Origin: an uncultured Actinomycetota bacterium
Lineage (GTDB): Bacteria > Actinomycetota > Actinomycetes > Streptosporangiales > Streptosporangiaceae
Assembly (NCBI GenBank): GCA_963712955.1
Contig: CAVQKF010000017.1
Coordinates: 37,739-69,738, forward strand
Direction: 5' to 3'
Length of the DNA: 32,000 nucleotides
The position numbers and the translations under genes are program-made. The notes under the pieces were generated by a model that was given only the letters and a program-made list of their open reading frames with translations, did not search any database and had not been told where the DNA came from. Shown here piece after piece: positions 1 to 9,431 of this stretch; positions within the stretch are counted from its first letter, which is position 1; every line of letters starts with the position of its first letter.

Positions 1-1
1 G

Positions 2-361
2 CAGGACGTTCTCGGCGTGCCGGTCCCGGCGTCGCTCGTCGTCACCCTCACCCCCCCGGCCGCGGACGGGCAGGCTGTCACGGTGGAACAATTGGCTGAG
101 ATATTCCGCGCGGACGAAGACGTCTCGGTGATCCAATTGCCGGCCGGGCCTGCCGTGCGGTCAAGGCGCCGTACCATTCCCGGTGAGGGCGACCCGAGCG
201 GAAACACATCACCCGTCACCAATCTGGAAATCCACGTGCCGGTCCCGGCCAGCGGTGGCTCCTACCTGGTGCTGGCGTTCTCGACCAATATGGACACGCT
301 CGCCGACAGTCTGGTCGCGCTGTTCGACGCGATCGCGGGCACACTTCGCTGGATCCAATGA
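2..361 (+). CDS. 5'-partial conserved hypothetical protein; copy 1 of a three-member paralog family in this window
   Basis: The frame is open from the window edge (QDVLGVPVPASLVV...) to TGA at 359-361, with high GC3. Residues align by eye with the C-terminal half of the 8802-9431(-) product (LPAG.AVR...VPVP.SG..L.L.FST...LFDAI..TLRW). I recognise no family name. Confidence 0.55.
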   Translation, partial: QDVLGVPVPASLVVTLTPPAADGQAVTVEQLAEIFRADEDVSVIQLPAGPAVRSRRRTIPGEGDPSGNTSPVTNLEIHVPVPASGGSYLVLAFSTNMDTLADSLVALFDAIAGTLRWIQ

Positions 362-397
362 CCTACGGCTACCCGCGGCCAGTCGCTATCGCTGACG

Positions 398-541
398 GTG
401 AACGGAGAGAAATACAACGTCTCGCCCGGCTGGGGCAACTACGCGGGCACCTTTGTCATGCCCGGGCAAACCAAACCGGTGAAGAAGAACACCGACCTGC
501 TCCTCGAGCTGATCCAGCGCGGAGGCGGAGCTACCAGGTAA
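398..541 (+). CDS. possible 47-aa small ORF (GTG start), or the 3' remnant of a larger gene
   Basis: VNGEKYNVSPGWGNYAGTFVMPGQTKPVKKNTDLLLELIQRGGGATR has clearly GC-rich third positions, unlike the listed overlapping ORFs 358-789(+) and 386-691(-). It has no ATG, no clear RBS and no recognisable family. Confidence 0.2.
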   Translation: MNGEKYNVSPGWGNYAGTFVMPGQTKPVKKNTDLLLELIQRGGGATR

Positions 542-771
542 CCGGGTCAGGCAACCGGGCCGCAGGGCAACGACGTCAGCGGGCCACACTTGCGCAAAAT
601 AGTCAGGACCGTGGTGGGGGTGACGCTCACTGGCTGGCGGGATGGAATTGGGGCTGCCGGGGATCTGGATGTTCTTTAAGAAGAAAGGCAACCGGTACCT
701 GGGCGCCGGCGACCATTAGCCAACGGGCCCCCGGTCGCCGCAGTCTCAGCCTCGTTGCTGGGGCCAGGGTT

Positions 772-787
772 GTGAGCTCACTAGAGT
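772..787 (+). promoter_or_regulatory. 10-bp palindrome GTGAGCTCAC followed by TAGAGT (-10-like), ending 6 nt before the ATG at 794; possible operator or leaderless promoter
   Basis: The palindrome (772-781) and the TAnnnT hexamer (782-787) were read directly. No convincing -35 sits at proper spacing. Confidence 0.2.
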
Positions 788-793
788 GATCTC

Positions 794-1615
794 ATGAAAC
801 CGTTCCTGCTGCTGGCCACCCGTGCTGAGGATGCCGCAGCGGATAACGAGTACGAGTCGTTTCTGGCCTTCGCGGGGTTGGACGAGCGCGGCCTGCGCCG
901 GTCCCGGCTGGAGCAACGAGCGTTGGGTAACGTCGATCTGCAGGCCTGGTCCGGGATCCTGCTCGGCGGAGGGCCGTTCAACTCCAGTGACCCGGAGGGT
1001 TCGAAATCGCCGGTGCAGCGGCGGGTCGAGGCAGACCTGCGCAGGCTGCTCGACCGGGTGATCAGCGCGGACTTCCCGTTTCTCGGGGCCTGCTACGGCA
1101 TCGGGACGCTCGGCAGCCACCAAGGGGCGGTGGTCGATCGGCGGCACGCCGAACCGGTCGGTCCCGTCCCGATCACCCTCACCCGCGAGGGTCGGCAAGA
1201 CCCGCTGCTGGGCGGGCTGCCCGCCGCGTTCGACGCGTTCGTCGGCCATAAGGAGGCGATCAGCCGGCTGCCGCACCACGCCGTCCTGCTCGCCAGTTCT
1301 CCCACCTGCCCGGTGCAGGCGTTTCGGATCGGCGCGAACGTCTACGCCACTCAGTTCCATCCCGAACTGAACGCGGCCGGCCTGTGCACCCGGATCGACG
1401 TCTACAAGCACGCCGGCTACTTCGCACCCGAACAGGCCGGGGAACTCAAAGCGCTGGCCCACCGCAGCAACGTTACCCACCCGCCCGCCATCCTGCGCCG
1501 GTTCGTCGAGCGCTACGCCCACAGCGGGCGGGTCGGGGCGGACGCCGTGCCCGCGGCTGCCAGCCGCCGTTTCCTCAGCACGTCAGTAGCGGATGGCTCC
1601 ACCCCCACACGCTGA
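794..1615 (+). CDS. class I (type 1) glutamine amidotransferase-like protein
   Basis: 273-aa ORF with high GC3. It has the nucleophile-elbow motif FLGACYGIG and the downstream ATQFHPE His/Glu motif typical of GATase1 domains. Confidence 0.85.
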   Translation: MKPFLLLATRAEDAAADNEYESFLAFAGLDERGLRRSRLEQRALGNVDLQAWSGILLGGGPFNSSDPEGSKSPVQRRVEADLRRLLDRVISADFPFLGACYGIGTLGSHQGAVVDRRHAEPVGPVPITLTREGRQDPLLGGLPAAFDAFVGHKEAISRLPHHAVLLASSPTCPVQAFRIGANVYATQFHPELNAAGLCTRIDVYKHAGYFAPEQAGELKALAHRSNVTHPPAILRRFVERYAHSGRVGADAVPAAASRRFLSTSVADGSTPTR

Positions 1616-1685
1616 GGACTGCGTACTCAAGATGGCTATTCCAGACCCCCCCGGCGTCAGTATTGGGTTCGCCGTGACAGGGGTG

Positions 1686-2093
1686 TTAAAGGTGGGGCAA
1701 GAGCGGCAGCAGGACGTATGCGGGGTGCTGGGAGCCGTAATAGATTTCGAATCGGCACCGCAGCGCTCGGGTCGCCGCGCCGAATGGCTCTCCCGTGCCG
1801 AGGCTGCGGGCGTGCCGTGGGAACGCACCGCCGCTGATCTGCACGCGGATCCGGTGCCCGGCCTGTACCCGGTACGCCACCGGATAGAGTTCTACGTCCA
1901 CCGCCAGGATCTCGTCGCCGCCGACCCGGACGTCGGGGGCGGGCACGGTCTGCGGGCAGAGCCGCCGGATGCCGTCCACGACGTGGGCCGCCTCGACCCG
2001 GCTGCCGCGGCAGGCTCCCACTTTTGAGGCGTACCCGGTAGAGCCCAAGGAAATGGCTCTGCCCGCCCTCATTGCAGGTGGCGGCAATGTCAT
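1686..2093 (-). pseudogene. 3' remnant of a CocE/NonD-family hydrolase (X-Pro dipeptidyl-peptidase C-terminal domain only)
   Basis: Only the last ~115 aa of the family are present (DGIRRL...VELYPVAYRVQAGHRIRVQISGGAFPRH...YYGSQHPAYVLLPL). Full-length members are several hundred aa. The space upstream is taken by the acetamidase gene on the other strand. Confidence 0.6.
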
Positions 2094-2147
2094 GCTAAGC
2101 CCCGGATATCGAATCGTCAGTAGCAGTCATGAAGGGTGGAGGCTGAG

Positions 2148-3164
2148 ATGAGCGATCCGCAGGTGCTGTCCTTCCGGCCGGAAGCTGAGCAGTTTGCTTG
2201 GACATTCGGCGGCGCCACACCAGTGGCGCGGATCCGGCCAGGTGCCATGCTCGAGCTGTGGACGGAGGATTGCTTCGCCGGCCGGGTGCGCGGCACGAAT
2301 GATCTCGTATCGGAGGTCTGCCAGTTCCCGTTCCTGAACCCGCAGACCGGGCCGTTCTATGTCGAGGGCGCTGAGCCCGGCGATACCCTCGCCGTCCATT
2401 TCGTGTCGATCGAGCCAAGCCGGGACTGGGCCGCGTCCACCACGGTCCCGCTCTTCGGCGCACTGACGTCCACGCACCTCACGGCAACGCTCCAGGATCC
2501 GCTGCCGGAGATAGTGTGGATCTGGGAACTTGACCGGGCGGCAGGCAACTGCCGGTTTATCGCGCGGGACAGCGACTTCACCGCCGTGCTGCCCATGAAC
2601 CCGATGCACGGCACGATCGGAGTGGCGCCGGCCAACCTGGAGGTCCGCTCGGCCCTGGTACCCGACGCGTTCGGCGGCAACATGGACACGCCCGAGATGA
2701 CGACCGGGGTCACCTGCTACCTGGGCGTCAACGTGGCGGGTGCGCTGCTGTCGATAGGTGATGGGCATGCCCGTCAGGGCGAGGGCGAGACCTGCGGTGT
2801 GGCCGTGGAGTGCGCGATGAACACGGTCCTGGCCGTTGACCTGATCAAAGGGCTGGCGACATCGTGGCCCCGGATCGAGTCAGACACGCACATCATGTCC
2901 ACCGGGTCGGCGCGGCCACTGGAGGACGCGTTCCGGATCGCGCAAATCGATCTGGTGCAGTGGATCGTCCAGGACCATGGGCTCTCCGCCATGGATGCCT
3001 ACCAGTTCGTCAGCCAGGCCGTCGAAGCTCCGCTGGCCAATGTCTGCGACACGAACTACACGTCGGTCGCCAAGCTACGCAAGGATTACCTGCCCGCCGG
3101 TGAGATCATGCGAGGTGCGCACCAGCAGCTCAGGGAGGTGGCACGCATCTACCGGAGCCGCTGA
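2148..3164 (+). CDS. acetamidase/formamidase family protein
   Basis: Family motifs seen by eye: NPQTGPFYVEGAEPGDTLAVH, NPMHGTIGVAP, GGNMD, GDGHARQGEGETCG.AVE. GGAGG lies 7 nt upstream of the ATG at 2148; the listed ORF starts at an upstream GTG at 2136. Confidence 0.9.
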   Translation: MSDPQVLSFRPEAEQFAWTFGGATPVARIRPGAMLELWTEDCFAGRVRGTNDLVSEVCQFPFLNPQTGPFYVEGAEPGDTLAVHFVSIEPSRDWAASTTVPLFGALTSTHLTATLQDPLPEIVWIWELDRAAGNCRFIARDSDFTAVLPMNPMHGTIGVAPANLEVRSALVPDAFGGNMDTPEMTTGVTCYLGVNVAGALLSIGDGHARQGEGETCGVAVECAMNTVLAVDLIKGLATSWPRIESDTHIMSTGSARPLEDAFRIAQIDLVQWIVQDHGLSAMDAYQFVSQAVEAPLANVCDTNYTSVAKLRKDYLPAGEIMRGAHQQLREVARIYRSR

Positions 3165-3176
3165 GCGCGTCTCACC

Positions 3177-3194
3177 GATAGCGGGTCCGCTATC
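3177..3194. terminator. hairpin GATAGCGG-gt-CCGCTATC, 12 nt downstream of the acetamidase stop
   Basis: Perfect 8-bp inverted repeat read directly, in the convergent intergenic region. There is no T-tract, which is common in high-GC actinomycetes. The very short loop lowers confidence. Confidence 0.3.
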
Positions 3195-3346
3195 CTGCCA
3201 AGCCCGCAGACCCCGCCCGCCGGGAAAGATCCCGCGGGCCGTTCACCCTGATCATGCTGCCCTTGCCGGTTCCTGATGATCATTAAGTTGAAGGTATTAG
3301 GGTCGGCGCGGGTGGCTAACCCTGGGCTAACCCCGCAGCCTCACGG

Positions 3347-3751
3347 CTAAGGATCTTCACGTTCAGCCAAAGCCGACGCAAGAACATGCGCCTCACGCAG
3401 GAGCCGATCAGCGTGCCCAAGGTGCCCGCCCCGCTCGTATTCGGTGGCCGCGACTTCGCGTTCAGCGACCTCCGCCCAAGCAATCTCCTCGATTTCTTCT
3501 TCGCTGAGGCTCAGCCGCTCAACCTCCCCGGCACCAAGACCCGCCACAGTGCCCGCAAAATGCGAATTACTGCCGGCGGCGGCAGGCGCACAGCCGGGGT
3601 GGACGGCTTCAGCGTTGTCGATCGCGCCCAACGCTGAACGAAGCGCCGACAAGGCCGTCATGTCCCGCGCGCTGAGCGCCTCACGAAGCGCACGACGTAG
3701 CCGTGTGCGGACATCGCGGCCGAGGGGATCGTCCGGGCTGCGCGTGTCCAC
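3347..3751 (-). CDS. GatB/YqeY domain-containing protein
   Basis: 134 aa with the actinobacterial YqeY-like pattern: LR.AL..A...RD..ALSALRSALGAIDNAEAV, GAGEVERLSLSEEEIEEI, ERE.AATEYERGGH. Confidence 0.75.
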   Translation of the reverse strand: MDTRSPDDPLGRDVRTRLRRALREALSARDMTALSALRSALGAIDNAEAVHPGCAPAAAGSNSHFAGTVAGLGAGEVERLSLSEEEIEEIAWAEVAEREVAATEYERGGHLGHADRLLREAHVLASALAEREDP

Positions 3752-4147
3752 ACCGCAACCATACGGCGGGGCCGCCGTCCAAGCGCAAGCATTTGAACGC
3801 GCTGTCTACGCCCCCCGATACCGGCCCATGCTCCAGCAAGGCTGTGACCACCCGGATTTCCACCGACATCAGTCGACTGGCTGCATGGTGATACAGACGC
3901 GATCCCTGTATCAGGCGCCCAGCTGGCTCCTCTTGACAATCGACAAACCGGGCCAACCCGGTGAAGGGACTCTGCTTCGAACTACGACCGCTCACGACCG
4001 GGGCGCTTGTTCGGTGAGGAGCCGTAGGTGCGCCGTAACGGCATCGGTGAGCGTGGAATCACAGCCCACTAGCGGCTCACCTGAAGGGGACAGGTCTCAC
4101 CCGTGCACACCACCCGCAGCCCGCGCCGGGCACCGGCCGATCCGGCA

Positions 4148-4579
4148 ATGAAAACGAAGAACATGAGCGTGCCGGCAAGGTCCGCCGTTACGGTGGCTGG
4201 GCTCGGAGCCGCCGTCCTCTCCGCGGCCACGGCCGCTTCCGCAGCCGCGCCGCACGCCGCGGCCGCCACCCCGGCGGCGTCGGCAAACCCGCTTGCCTAC
4301 ATCGCCAACGACGGCTTCGGCTCGAACACAGTGACCGTGATCCGGACCGGCACCAACACCGCAGGCAAGCCGATCACCGTCGGAAACGAGCCCGAAGGCA
4401 TCGCGATCACGCCGAACGGGACGACCGCCTCCGTCACCAACAACGCGCGCCAAGGGAAGGCGATCAGGATGAGGTTCCACCGCTGGTACATGAGGCACTT
4501 CCGGCCGGAAACACTATGGGCCGCGCGGATGCTGATGGAATATGGCGATGACTACGATGCCTTCCGTTGGGCTTACTGA
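4148..4579 (+). pseudogene. secreted YVTN-type beta-propeller repeat protein, truncated after about 1.5 repeats
   Basis: A signal-peptide-like N-terminus (MKTKNMSVPARSAVTVAGLGAAVLSAATAASAAA) is followed by one YVTN repeat (AYIANDGFGSNTVTVIRTGTNTAGKPITVGNEPEGIAITPNGTTASVTNN). The sequence then becomes unrelated and lower in GC. Normal propellers have 6-8 blades. Confidence 0.5.
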
Positions 4580-4602
4580 AGTGCGCAGGGATGTCCCTGT
4601 GC

Positions 4603-5565
4603 TTAGTGCCGGCGATCCTGAGCGCCGTAACATGCCTTGCATCCTGCGGATTGGATCGGGCCAGAAGATACCGGCCGGAGGTCCGGGTCGAGGCCGTGGG
4701 CGCGGGTGAGGTCCTGCGGGCAGCCGCCGACGTCGCTCGCGGTTGATGTGCGTTTTGCCTGCCAGCTATATCGTTCCCCACGTGGAAAATCCGAAGATGC
4801 ATGGCGAGCCGAATGGCTGAGCACTTCTACCTGGTGGGACACCGCAACCGTGTGAGATCCAGCGCCCGGTGTCCAGGTAGAGCAGGTGACCCGGCTGCAG
4901 GACGGTCCCTTCCACCTCCGCCGACCCGCTGGCCGCGAAGAGCACGTGCTCGTGCGCCGGTTCCAGCGGCAGCCGGGCCCGGGCGTCTTTGGGCCAACAA
5001 GCTCGGCCCCGACGATGTCGGAGAACACCCGTGCAGGGGACCGGGCGCCGCCCAGCGACCCGATGAACACAGTGATCTCGAAACCGCCGATCCCAGCGTC
5101 CGGTAGCTGCGCCTGATGCTCGAAGGCGGGCTCGGTCAGCCGCGCCGCGTCGGGCAGCGCCACCCACAACTGCACGCCGTGCAGGCGCGGGTCGTGCTCG
5201 GTCGGCGACTCCTCGAAATGGGCTATCCCACGCCCAGCCGTCATCAGGTTGAGCTGCCCCGGCCTGATCATCTGCTCGCTGCCCAGGCTGTCCCGGTGCA
5301 GCACGTTGCCCGTCATCAGCCAGGTGACGGTCTGCAGGCCGATGTGCGGGTGCGGCGGAACCTGCATCCCGGCCAATCCATCCACCGACATCGGCCCGTA
5401 GTGGTCGATGAAGCACCACGCCCCGACACTCCGGCGCAGCCGGAGTGGTAGCAGCCGGCGCACGGTCATGTCCCCGACTCTGGCCTCCCGCGCGCCAGTA
5501 ATTTCAAGACCAGGAGCCATAACGGGCGTCTGGCCTATCTCAAGCTCCGCATCTACGGTGCTCAC
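4603..5565 (-). pseudogene. pirin family protein, frame-disrupted
   Basis: The N-terminal cupin is intact (RRLLP..RSVGAWCFIDHYGP, PHPHIGLQTVTWL, LMTAGRGIAHFE) from a GTG at 5565 with an upstream GGGAGAG. The C-terminal cupin (DARARLPLEPAHEHVLFAASGSAEVEGTVLQPGHLLYL) continues in a different frame after ~4985-4995. The extreme C-terminus is not recoverable in any frame. Confidence 0.7.
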
Positions 5566-6018
5566 GCGGATGCTCTCCCTTCGGGGCGATCCAGCGGCGC
5601 AATCAGCCGCCTCGCTCAGATGACCCCCAACCGACAATAACCCCGACCTGGCAGCGACGCCGGACCGGCACCTCTTCCGCTTGCTCATGCACCGCGCGAT
5701 CGCTGTCCGGCGGTCGGCACCGGCGGAGAAAAACCGGCCGACGGTACGGGGAAAGGACCAATGCCCCGGTCAGGAAGGGCCGGTCGGCTCTGCGGTAGGC
5801 GAGCCAAGCGGACCAGCGTTTGCCACAAGAGCGGCCGCGGGAGAAGTGGAGCCACGCACCTGCCGACATGGAGGTGATGCGCCGGCGAGACCGCAAAGTC
5901 CATCTGAACGAGATCGAGTCAGCCGCGTGTCAGGCATGGGGATGGGGGGCGGCCGGGCAAAGAGGGCGCGCACCTGGCGACGCGGATGTCGATGCAACCG
6001 CGAGAGGACGGCACACGA

Positions 6019-6495
6019 ATGATGAAAATCAAAGAGGCGGCAACCGGGTTTCTGGCCAGCAAGCGCATCGCAGTCACCGGGGTCTCCCGGACACCACAGG
6101 GCCACGGGAGCAACGTCGTGTACCAGCGCCTGCGGCAACGCGGCTACCAGGTCTTCGCGGTCAACCCGAACGCGGACGAAGTCGAGCACGATCGCTGCTA
6201 CCACGATCTGGCATCCATCCCCGACGGCGTTGACGCGGTCGTCATCGGAACCAGGCCGCAGGTCGCTGAAAGCACCATGCGTGAGTGCGCCGAGCTCGGC
6301 ATCAAGCATGTGTGGATGCACCGGTCCTTCGGCTCGGGGAGCGTCTCCGAAACGGCCACCGATTACGGCCGGGAGCACGGCATTACGGTGATCGACGGAG
6401 GGTGCCCGTGCATGTTCGATCCCACCGCCGACCCCGGGCACAAGGCAATGCGTCTGGTGTTCACCATGACGGGCAAAGTCCCGCGGCAGGTCTGA
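6019..6495 (+). CDS. CoA-binding domain protein (YccU/CoA_binding_2-like)
   Basis: KRIAVTGVSR......G..V...L...GY.VFAVNP ... DAVVIGTRP ... GIKHVWMH pattern. A GAGAGGA RBS-like element precedes the ATG at 6019. Confidence 0.8.
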   Translation: MMKIKEAATGFLASKRIAVTGVSRTPQGHGSNVVYQRLRQRGYQVFAVNPNADEVEHDRCYHDLASIPDGVDAVVIGTRPQVAESTMRECAELGIKHVWMHRSFGSGSVSETATDYGREHGITVIDGGCPCMFDPTADPGHKAMRLVFTMTGKVPRQV

Positions 6496-6545
6496 GCCGA
6501 ACCATTTGCGGCAGCCACCCGTCATCCGCAAGATACGTTCGGTGT

Positions 6546-7674
6546 GTGACGGTGTGGCGGGTCCGTGCAGTGCGGCTGCCCGATGGTGAGGCCATCGATG
6601 CGGGAGTCACCGCCGCTGGCCGTTGGATATCGCAACCGCAGCCGGATGCGGAGCCGCTGCCCGGCATGTTCGTGCTGCCCGGTCTGGTCGATGCGCACTG
6701 TCATCTCAGCGTTGGCCCGGGGCAGGACGGTCCGGCCGGGCTGGGCGTGGACGCGGCGCGGGCCGCGGTCGCGCAGGCCCGCGCCGAGGGGATTACCGGC
6801 ATCCGCGACGTCGGCAGCCCGGGCAGCGTCACCTTGAAACTGCTGGCAGACGACGGCGGTGACCTGGTGGTGTGCGGCCGGTTCCTGGCACCCGCGGGCC
6901 GCTACTTCGGTTCGCTGTATTCCCCGGTCCGGGGCGCCTGGCCTGGTGCCAGCGGCGCTCGCCGAAATCGCGGCCGGCGCGCGCTGGGTGAAGCTGGTCG
7001 GCGATTCCCCGTTCGGCAACGGCACCGCGCGCCCGGACGCGAGCGGGCATCCCGACGGAACCGCGCGATCACGCGCGATGCGGATCCGGCCGGCTCAGCC
7101 GGAGAACGCCACCTTGACCTATCCCGTGGCTGACGTACGGCGCCTGGCCGAGGCTGTGCACGCCGCGGGTGCCCGGGTCGCGGTGCATACGACGAGCGGG
7201 TACGTGCAGGAGCTGATCGACGCCGGAGCCGACTCGATCGAGCACGGCTACGCGCTGGACGAGGTGAGCCTGGCTGCGCTTGCCGAACGCGGCGGAGCCT
7301 GGACGCCCACGCTTTGCGTGGCCCTTGGCCTGGGCCGGGGCCGCGATCCGCAGCAGCGCAGGCGCTGGCAGGAACGCAGGGAACGGCTGGCCTACCTGCT
7401 GCCGCTGGCCGTCGGCCTGGGCGTGACGGTCATGACGGGGACCGATGTGTTCGGGACCATCCCGCAGGAGGTTGACCTGATGACGCGGCTTGGGCTCGCG
7501 CCACGCGATGCGCTGGCCGCGGCCACCACCGCGGCGCGTAGCTACCTCGGCTTTGGTGCACTGGGCGACGGCGAGCCCGCCGATCTGATCAGCTTCGACG
7601 ACGACCCGCGCGACGACCCCGCCGTGCTGGCCCACCCGGTCGCGGTGCTGGTCCGCGGCAGGCGGGTGCGCTGA
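6546..7674 (+). pseudogene. amidohydrolase-family metal-dependent hydrolase with one frameshift
   Basis: The N-terminal part (RLPDG..., PGLVDAHCHL HxH motif, GITGIRDVG, GRFLAPAGRYFGSLYSPV) is in one frame. The rest (APGLVPAALAEIAAGARWVKLVGD ... VAVHT ... SIEHG ... MTGTD ... ADLISFD) is in the +1 frame. The junction at ~6922-6935 lies in cccc/gggg runs. Confidence 0.7.
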
Positions 7675-7742
7675 GCGGCCAGCCCGCGCAAGTAGTCAGC
7701 CAGCGGGAGCCCGCCCAGCATTACTGGCCTGCGCCATCCCGC

Positions 7743-7776
7743 GCAGCCGTTCGGGATCATGATCCATAACGGCTGC
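7743..7776. repeat. 34-bp hairpin element GCAGCCGTT-N16-AACGGCTGC, copy A
   Basis: Perfect 9-bp arms with an inner 12-bp palindrome GGATCATGATCC. A second copy with identical arms and spacing lies at 12485-12518. Confidence 0.6.
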
Positions 7777-8140
7777 CGCTGGCGTGGCACCCTCATGAAT
7801 GGCGCTCGGGACACCGGCCGGCGATGGCACGACGCCCCGCACGTCCGCTGCGACCCGGATCATCCGCCGCCGTACCTCGTCACCGACGTTCGCCTGGGCG
7901 GTGGGCGGCTTCAAGGTGGTGCTTACCGTCACCCGGTCACCGGGCACGGGCCCCGGCCCGATGGCCACCGTCACCGCGGCCGGCTACCGGCACACGCCGC
8001 GGGGCTGGCCCCGGCAGCATTGGCTGACTTGGCTTAACCCGTTGCGCGGGCGCAAAAAGCCCAGGCGATGCGCGTCCGACTCCGGCTGATGGTTGACGGG
8101 CCCGGCGTGGCCTGCTCCGAAGATTGAGCCAGGCGACCGG

Positions 8141-8814
8141 TCAAGTGAAAGGCAGCAACGTCCCTACATGTCCAAAAAATACCGGCCCACCCCGCTTGCC
8201 CGCTAGCTCAACCGAGAGGGTCTCTACAATCCCGTCGGCGAGCATGATCACACCCTTGCCCATAACCGGCTCGAGCCAGAACGTGGTGATTACCACCGCG
8301 TCGCTGATCTGCGGCGGCCAGACCACCCAGACCAAGTCTTCTTGATGGTGCTGCGGCGCTTCGACGGATTGTTCTGCCGATAGCGGTGGACGCGCAGCGC
8401 GGGCCCGGCCGGTAGCTTCGCCTCGGTCATCTCAACCTCGCCAACTGTGGCATTATCCCGCTTCCCGTAGCTTCTTCTGAACCACTCCAGGGTCAGTGAG
8501 CCCTGCCGGACAGGGCCAAACGCCTGGACCTCAATATGGGCCGCGGGTGGCAAGCGGGTGACCTCGGGAAGAAACAACAGCGCGGCCAATATCAATGGCG
8601 GGTCAGCCCTGGCCTTGGCCTCAAGAGCTGCTTTTCTCAGGCAGTTGGCGTGCTCACGGATCTGGGATGGCCGAGCGTCTGCCCCCAGCAGCTTCGCTGC
8701 CGTCTGTTCGGCCTGCGGGCCTGGATCGCCATCGACTCTGACCGGCAGCCAGGCACCGTTCGGGGGAAGGCTTATGCGGGCAACCCAGTTCGTTTCTTCG
8801 CTCATCTCACCCAT
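8141..8814 (-). pseudogene. paralog-family protein, copy 3, with an apparent frameshift
   Basis: The 174-aa ORF (8290-8814) carries the family core up to LPAGPALRVHRYRQ...KK. The expected C-terminal block (LVWVVWPPQISDAVVITTFWLEP...GVIMLADGIVETLSVE) continues in another frame (8141-8335). The junction is at ~8336-8345. Its start overlaps the stop of the upstream paralog. Confidence 0.5.
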
Positions 8815-9431
8815 CTCAGTGTTGTGCAGATCGCGTCGAACAGGCGGGTCAGCGCAGGGGCGAGGGGTGCGAGCGGGGTGGAGAAGGACAGCAGCAGCCA
8901 GGTTCCGCTGCCCGGCACGGGCACGAACACCGCCAAGGTGGTCGCCGGCTCCGCGTGCTCGCCGCCGGGGAGAGCCCGGCGCAGTTCCCGCACCGCCGTC
9001 CCGGCGGGGAGGTCCACCACACCGACCTCGTGCCCGTCAGCGCGCCGCGCCTGGGCCAGTCCGGCAGCGGTGGTGGTGCTGCCATCGCCAGGCGCAGGGA
9101 TCAGGAAGGTCACTAACGACGCGGCGAGGGGAATACCGGCCGCCTCCTGCAGCGAGACGTACAGCTCAAGCCCGCCCGCCTGATAGGCGGCCCTGGCCCT
9201 GGCCCCGAGCTCTCGGCGGGCCTGCGCCTTCAGGTGCGGGACGTTCTCCGCGCCGCGGAACTGGCGCTTGACCAATGCCGCCACCGACCGCAGGCGGTCG
9301 ACCGGGTCGAGGTCAACGGTGAACCATTCGTCCGGCACCACCACACGGTAGCCCAGCGCCTCACCGGTGCCGGGCACCTCACCGGTGCCGGGCGCTCGGC
9401 CTGCGGTGCCCGTCACGTCCACCGCCGTCAC
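8802..9431 (-). CDS. conserved hypothetical protein; paralog family copy 2, full length
   Basis: 209-aa ORF with high GC3 and a GTG start overlapping (GTGA) the stop of the upstream remnant ORF. It contains an in-frame 18-bp tandem duplication (PGTGEV/PGTGEA). The C-terminus matches copies 1 and 3. Confidence 0.65.
   Translation of the reverse strand: MTAVDVTGTAGRAPGTGEVPGTGEALGYRVVVPDEWFTVDLDPVDRLRSVAALVKRQFRGAENVPHLKAQARRELGARARAAYQAGGLELYVSLQEAAGIPLAASLVTFLIPAPGDGSTTTAAGLAQARRADGHEVGVVDLPAGTAVRELRRALPGGEHAEPATTLAVFVPVPGSGTWLLLSFSTPLAPLAPALTRLFDAICTTLRWVR

Noticed and set aside
358-789. Listed 143-aa ORF starting at the stop of the first paralog gene.
   Set aside because: The translation is Arg/Gly-rich and motif-free. 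Within 398-541 a different frame has much better third-position GC, so at most a short ORF in that other frame is real.
746-1522. Long antisense or overlapping ORFs typical of high-GC DNA. Examples: 746-1522(-), 2127-2768(-), 5770-6531(-), 7069-7635(-), 10873-11649(-), 13781-15232(-) apart from its lipoprotein segments, 16583-17725(+), 17878-18756(-), 21065-21892(+), 23561-24490(-), 26837-27448(-) and 28192-28833(-).
   Set aside because: Each overlaps a gene with recognisable family motifs on the other strand or in another frame. Their translations are Arg/Pro/Gly/Ala-rich and low in complexity, with no motifs. These are shadow ORFs caused by GC bias.
3681-3995. 104-aa minus-strand ORF overlapping the 5' end of the GatB/YqeY gene.
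   Set aside because: Third-position G+C, judged by eye, is clearly lower than in the confident genes. It has no recognisable motif and overlaps a supported CDS. The region more likely holds promoter or intergenic sequence; it includes the inverted repeat GATACAG-N9-CTGTATC at about 3888-3910.
4032-4081. Structured-looking leader upstream of the YVTN gene, considered as a possible riboswitch or cis-regulatory RNA. Hairpins are GCCG-taa-CGGC at 4032-4042 and GGTGAGC-N22-GCTCACC at 4046-4081.
   Set aside because: I could not match it to any riboswitch consensus I know (cobalamin, SAM, TPP, ydaO, glycine, c-di-GMP). Short GC stems are expected by chance here, and the downstream gene is itself a truncated remnant. 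A covariance-model scan (Rfam) would settle it.
7696-7974. 92-aa minus-strand ORF (VTVAIGPGPVPGDRVTV...), the only candidate gene in the 7.7-8.1 kb gap.
   Set aside because: Third-position GC drops in its second half. It contains the 34-bp palindromic element (7743-7776) and shows no recognisable domain. It could be a fragment, but I cannot support calling it a gene.
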